DNA of 64,000 nt from Candidatus Latescibacterota bacterium. Its GTDB lineage: Bacteria > Latescibacterota > UBA2968 > GCA-2709665. The notes beneath the pieces are model-generated. The model worked only from the letters and a program-made list of their open reading frames with translations, was not told where the DNA came from and ran no database searches. Below are positions 59,392 through 64,000 of the stretch, piece by piece; position 1 is the stretch's first letter; each line of letters begins with the position of its first letter. Made by a program: the position numbers and the translations under genes. The stretch is from contig CBDCOX010000002.1 of assembly GCA_965219995.1 (NCBI GenBank), positions 4,960,001 through 5,024,000 on the forward strand, in the 5' to 3' direction.

Positions 59392-61632
59392 GTGAGAATC
59401 GGACGTCGAACAATGTGTATCGCAATCGTCGTTATCTCATGGTGCAACGGCGGAATTGCGATTTCCGGCGCGCCGAAAGGCATCGACGAACGGTTCCGGA
59501 TCGCCGTGGAACGGCTGGGCCGCGTGCCCGTAAAGGAGAGCGTCCGGGAGTTCGAGGACGTGCTGGCGGAAAACGAGAGTTACGCACCGGCGTACGCGGA
59601 AATTGCGAAGTTGTATATGGCGTTGAATACGCCTCTGGACCGCCAGAGGGCCGAGAAGATGGTGCGCCGGGCGATTCGCCTGGACCGGGACAATTTGACC
59701 TATCAGGTTTTCCTGGGGGACCTGATGTGGCAGCAGGGGTTCCTGTCAAACGCAAAGCGCCAATATGAAGCGGTCCTCGCCCGAAATCCCGGGAACGCCC
59801 GGGCCGCGTTCGGGATCGGACAGTACTACGCGAAAGATTACATGAAGTATCGAAACATGATCGACACGGAGGGCAGCAGTCCTCCAGTGATATTGGAGTG
59901 GGGCCATTTCGCCAGGGAATATCGTGAACGGGCGATAGGCAACCTCGAGCGGAGCATCCTGCACGAACCCGGGTTCAAGGATGCCTACTATCAGCTGGGC
60001 CTGGTCTATATGGAGGATATGAAATCCGCTCCCGAGGCCGCGGGCAGAGCGCTGGTCAACGTTGCCGGCTCGCTGCTGAAGGAGTACCCCGGGGACAAGG
60101 ATGCAATGCTGTTTGTCGGACTGGGTTATCAGGTCGGCGGATATCCGGATAACGCGTGGGACTATTACGTCGGGTCGCTTGAGAGGATGAAATCGGAGGA
60201 ACGTTCGATCTTCGAATCCGTGGACATCGTGGCCGATGATGTAGAGCGGGCGCGAATCGCCGGAGCGGACTCGCTGTTGAATGAGGAGCGTGGACAATGG
60301 GTGGGAAGTGCCGAGCGGGAACGGTTCTGGCTGAAGCAGGACCCGTTGCTGCTGACCGAACGGAACGAACGACGAATGGAGCATTACCGGCGCGTGGCCT
60401 ACGCCAACCTGCGGTACAGCAAGCCGAGGCAAGGAATTGCGGGCTGGCGCACGCCGATGGGCAGGGTTTACATCAAATACGGCGACCCGCTCGGTCGGAC
60501 GGTCACGCGCCCTGAACTCGCACATCGCGGGCGCCTGGACCAGGCGCACACGGAACTGTGGGCCTACGAAGGCTTTTCCTTTCGATTCAGAAACTGGAAC
60601 GGACTGGATGGATGGCATTTTGACGTGAGTTCTCGTACCTTTCCGTCCGGGGAATGGACCCTCGGGCGCACGCCGCAACGATACGTGGATCCCTATCGGG
60701 AACTGAAATACAGCCTTCCGTTCCAGGCGGCCGCGTTTCGTGACGCAGGGAAGATACGCCTCGAGGTGGCCTATGCAATTGCAAAGGATCGTCTGGAGGT
60801 GTCCGATACGGGCGCCGTCGACCTGAAGGACGGGCTCTTCCTGTTTGACGGCGACTGGAATGAGGTTTCGCGTGCGGTGTACGATACCCGGCGTCTTGCG
60901 GACGTGGGTGTCGACAGCGTAAGGGGTCGGTACTTTCTCTCCGGATCGACGCTGATGGTCGAACCGGGGGACTACCGTCTCATCGCCGAGGTCCAGGACC
61001 GCAAGACACGTTCCATCGGGACGTTCAGGAACACGTTTGCACTGGCGGCGGAAGATTCCGCGCCCGCGATGAGCGACCTGCTGGTCGCAACCGACATCCG
61101 GATGGACGATCCGTTTCCGGAGCGGCGAACGGACCTGAAGGTGGCGTTGAATCCGCTGCACACGTTCTATCGGTCGGAATCGATGTACATCTACTTCGAA
61201 GTCTATAACCTGGAAAAGGATGACTTTGGACGGACGAAATTCGAAATCACGTATCGGATCGGGCAGCCGGACGAAAACGAGGTGATTCCCGCGCGATTCG
61301 TGGCAGTCGCGATGGCGGAGCCCCCGGGAAAGGTGCGCATTACTCTCGGACGAAGCCAGGAGGGCGACCGGGTCGAGATACGGGCGAATTATCTCCCTGC
61401 CAAACGGAACATGGTCTCCAGGACGCTTCGCAGATTTGACGGCGGTACCGGAGAAACCGCGGTTACCGTCCGGTACGAAGGAGACCGGACGGATGATTTC
61501 ACCTGGCTTCAAATCGATCTGCACAGCGTCCCTGAGGGCGTACACAGGCTGTCGGTTGAACTGAAGGACCTGAACCGGGAGGGTCAGGGAGACGATAGAC
61601 GCGTGTTGTTCCGCGTCATTGGAGACGAGTGA
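59392..61632 (+). CDS. GWxTD-domain TPR protein
   Basis: N-terminal TPRs, FW...DP....NE...EH.RRV.YAN, GWRTPMGRVYIKYG.P. Confidence 0.82.
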   Translation: MRIGRRTMCIAIVVISWCNGGIAISGAPKGIDERFRIAVERLGRVPVKESVREFEDVLAENESYAPAYAEIAKLYMALNTPLDRQRAEKMVRRAIRLDRDNLTYQVFLGDLMWQQGFLSNAKRQYEAVLARNPGNARAAFGIGQYYAKDYMKYRNMIDTEGSSPPVILEWGHFAREYRERAIGNLERSILHEPGFKDAYYQLGLVYMEDMKSAPEAAGRALVNVAGSLLKEYPGDKDAMLFVGLGYQVGGYPDNAWDYYVGSLERMKSEERSIFESVDIVADDVERARIAGADSLLNEERGQWVGSAERERFWLKQDPLLLTERNERRMEHYRRVAYANLRYSKPRQGIAGWRTPMGRVYIKYGDPLGRTVTRPELAHRGRLDQAHTELWAYEGFSFRFRNWNGLDGWHFDVSSRTFPSGEWTLGRTPQRYVDPYRELKYSLPFQAAAFRDAGKIRLEVAYAIAKDRLEVSDTGAVDLKDGLFLFDGDWNEVSRAVYDTRRLADVGVDSVRGRYFLSGSTLMVEPGDYRLIAEVQDRKTRSIGTFRNTFALAAEDSAPAMSDLLVATDIRMDDPFPERRTDLKVALNPLHTFYRSESMYIYFEVYNLEKDDFGRTKFEITYRIGQPDENEVIPARFVAVAMAEPPGKVRITLGRSQEGDRVEIRANYLPAKRNMVSRTLRRFDGGTGETAVTVRYEGDRTDDFTWLQIDLHSVPEGVHRLSVELKDLNREGQGDDRRVLFRVIGDE

Positions 61633-62437
61633 CGTCGCGGGGTACTTTCAGTCGAAACCGGTGTTCAGGGACACCGGAATTGACTTTCCGGCGGATGACC
61701 TGAATCCGGATCCGGTCGCTGCCGTGGACGATCTCCATCCGGCGGGGAAGCGGGATACCATTCTGCAGCTGGTATTCGGAAAGGTTGCGGCGGGACAACA
61801 ACAGCCCGCCGGGCGAGTAGACCCGCTCTTGGAGCAGGATGGCGGAGCGGGGGTCAAACCGGAGGCGGCGCGTCCACAGCGGTTCGATGATTTCCAGATT
61901 GAGACTGTCCCTGTCGGCCTGGAATTCGCCGATGCGCGGCAGATTCAGCGGAGACATCCTGGCGAGGCCCAGCATGGCGTGCGTGGCCCCATAGGGCGCG
62001 AGATCGACGCCGGTGACGATCCGGAGCACGTCCTCCGAAGGCCCCTCGAGATAGTGATTGGTTCTTGGCAGGTATACCGCGAGAGAGTCGCCGCGAGCCA
62101 GGGCCGAGAGGACGCCAAGGCCGAGCAGGGCATCCGTCATCTCGATTTTCAGAGCGCCCGGCGCCCGGTAGAAGAGTACGACAACCCCCTTCTGTTTGAC
62201 GCCGTCGATGCGCATGTTAATTCCTGCGCGGATCTCGAGATCCTTGAGGCTGTCTTCCCGTGCGGTGACAATGCGCAGCAGGTCGGCCGGGGTTGAAACC
62301 GGTTCGACTTCCGGGAGGTGGGAGAATGACGCGGCGCAACCGGGAAGCGCCAGGAGAAGCAGATAGAGGAGAGGCGTTGACCTGAGGGATCGCGTTCCGG
62401 ACCGCTGTCGGCATGCCATTTCAGGGTCCGCTTGCAC
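61616..62437 (-). CDS. DUF4292-like (LolA/LolB fold) lipoprotein
   Basis: Lipobox LPGC, beta-rich body, P.R.EI, F.L.VP C-terminus; downstream of the TPR gene. Confidence 0.65.
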   Translation of the reverse strand: MQADPEMACRQRSGTRSLRSTPLLYLLLLALPGCAASFSHLPEVEPVSTPADLLRIVTAREDSLKDLEIRAGINMRIDGVKQKGVVVLFYRAPGALKIEMTDALLGLGVLSALARGDSLAVYLPRTNHYLEGPSEDVLRIVTGVDLAPYGATHAMLGLARMSPLNLPRIGEFQADRDSLNLEIIEPLWTRRLRFDPRSAILLQERVYSPGGLLLSRRNLSEYQLQNGIPLPRRMEIVHGSDRIRIQVIRRKVNSGVPEHRFRLKVPRDVTRLQ

Positions 62438-64000
62438 GATTGGGGCCGAATGATTGCAGCTTGCGTTGTATGGACTCGTTCCCTGGATTCAGGTCTGCCG
62501 CGCGTTGCCAGTGTTCGACGGCTTCCTCGATATTGCCCAGGGCCCGGGCGGCATCGCCCACGTGATCCAGAATGATCGACAGATTTTCTCGCTGGCCGGC
62601 TGTCCGTAGTGCAACCTCGATTTCGTTGAACCGGCTTTCCTCGGCCTTCAGCGCGAGCTTGAGGGTTTTCATCGCTTCGTCGTATCGCCGCTGCTGGAAG
62701 TAGACCCATCCCATGCTGTCCAGGTACGCGCCGTTGTCCGGGTCGCCCTTCAACGCGCGTTCGATATAGTCTTCCGCTTCGCCCAGGCGAATGCCTTTTT
62801 CCGCGAACATGTACCCCAGATAGTTCAACGCCTTGTGGTTGGCGGGTGCCCGGGCGAGAAGGTGCTGAAATACGTCGACCGCGCTGTCGAAGCGACCTGC
62901 GCGCTCGTAACCGTGGCCCAGGTCGAAAAGCACATCCTCCAGGAGTTCCCTGTCGTCTTGAAGGCGATTCTTCAGACTTTCCAGCGCGGGAATCGCCGCC
63001 TCCCAGTTCTTCTCGGCCAGATAAGTGCGTCCGACCTCAAGTTGATATCGAAACTCGCCCGGCCGGGCGTCGACCGCCTGGCTGTAGACCCTTCTCGCCT
63101 GTGCCGGACGGTTGCTCGCGACATACGCCCATCCGAGCGCGGGCACGATTCGGGAGTAGAGTTCGGATTCCGCGGGTGTTTCGCCGAAGAGCCCATCGAG
63201 AATCTCGATTGCCGGGTCCAGGTCCCGTTCGCTCAGATAGGTGCGCGCAACGCCCAGGCGGTACCAGGGGTTCGGATCCAGCGATATCGCCTTGCGGAAG
63301 GCGCGCCTGGCTTCTTCCGGCCTGTCGCCGGCAAGGAGCAGCGATGCCTTCCGGCCAAGCAGGTCGTGTCGTTCCGGCAGCGCGCCGATGAGGCGGTCCA
63401 GCAAGGCCTCGGTATGTCGATAGCGACGCTTCACGAGGACGCTTTCGGCGCCCGATGACGGAATGCTGCGCGGAAGGTGGGCGGACAAGCGGTCCAGGAA
63501 GAGCGTATCCGGGGGGGCTTCCGAAACAAGCGCTTCCAGATGGTCTTCGCGGTCGTAGATGGCGATAAGCTTCCGCCAGAGCTCGCGCGTGGTCTTGTTC
63601 AGGCGGTGTCGGAAATGTGCGAGCCCCGTTCGATAGATGGCCGCGGCGCTCAGAGTGTCGCCCCCGGCGATTGTCAGGTCGCCAAGGCGATTCCAGATCT
63701 GCGCCTGGTCCGGATCGCGATGGAGGATGCGCCGGTAGATGCCGGCCGCCTTGCGAGGCAGATTCAGGCGCTGATAGCCGTCGGCAATCAACAAATCGTA
63801 CCGGATGTTCGGCGCAGGCACAGACGCGGCCAGATCCAGGACGCGGAGGACTTCCTGGCGTTGCCGTCTGGCGGTATATATCTGGAGCAACTGGGTATAT
63901 GCCCGGAAATCGGCGGGATTCAGGCGGGTGACGGCCTCGAGCTGGGCCGTGGCCAGCAGTGAGTCCCGCTGTCCCAGGGTGTCATAGAGCAGCCAGCGAT
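62421..64000 (-). CDS. TPR-repeat protein (5' end outside window)
   Basis: Multiple TPRs, ALNYLGY..AE, P.NGAYLDS.GWV..., DH.GD; frame stays open to the window edge. Confidence 0.85.
   Translation of the reverse strand, partial: RWLLYDTLGQRDSLLATAQLEAVTRLNPADFRAYTQLLQIYTARRQRQEVLRVLDLAASVPAPNIRYDLLIADGYQRLNLPRKAAGIYRRILHRDPDQAQIWNRLGDLTIAGGDTLSAAAIYRTGLAHFRHRLNKTTRELWRKLIAIYDREDHLEALVSEAPPDTLFLDRLSAHLPRSIPSSGAESVLVKRRYRHTEALLDRLIGALPERHDLLGRKASLLLAGDRPEEARRAFRKAISLDPNPWYRLGVARTYLSERDLDPAIEILDGLFGETPAESELYSRIVPALGWAYVASNRPAQARRVYSQAVDARPGEFRYQLEVGRTYLAEKNWEAAIPALESLKNRLQDDRELLEDVLFDLGHGYERAGRFDSAVDVFQHLLARAPANHKALNYLGYMFAEKGIRLGEAEDYIERALKGDPDNGAYLDSMGWVYFQQRRYDEAMKTLKLALKAEESRFNEIEVALRTAGQRENLSIILDHVGDAARALGNIEEAVEHWQRAADLNPGNESIQRKLQSFGPNRASGP

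Overview
GC-rich bacterial chromosome segment. Gene content (many Gfo/Idh/MocA, UxuA-like, PhyH, amidohydrolase, GWxTD and TPR genes) resembles an uncultured diderm heterotroph such as Latescibacterota; this placement is inference only. 0.2-13.3 kb holds a housekeeping and envelope run: ftsK, lolA, frameshifted prfB, lysS, lolD, clpC, bamA, skp, fabZ. An aapJQMP amino-acid ABC operon and a DMFase-beta-like gene follow. About 20-27 kb is a visibly AT-richer island with a REC-AraC regulator, HlyD-type adaptor, peptidase-less ABC exporter, CPBP/Abi protease and a small glycine-zipper peptide carrying a CxxCH motif. 27.5-56 kb is a catabolic/redox region with a Co-type nitrile hydratase preceded by two paralogous PhyH-type Fe/2OG enzymes, one of which has the HxG halogenase signature, plus a B12-radical SAM gene. 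The end holds envelope genes (SLBB-repeat-CAP lipoprotein, GWxTD, DUF4292-like, TPR). Intergenic DNA is dense in mosaic heptamer/hairpin repeats and MITEs. The best novel-system candidates are the CxxCH glycine-zipper export island and the HxG/HxD PhyH pair with nitrile hydratase. No rRNA, tRNA or CRISPR array was recognised.
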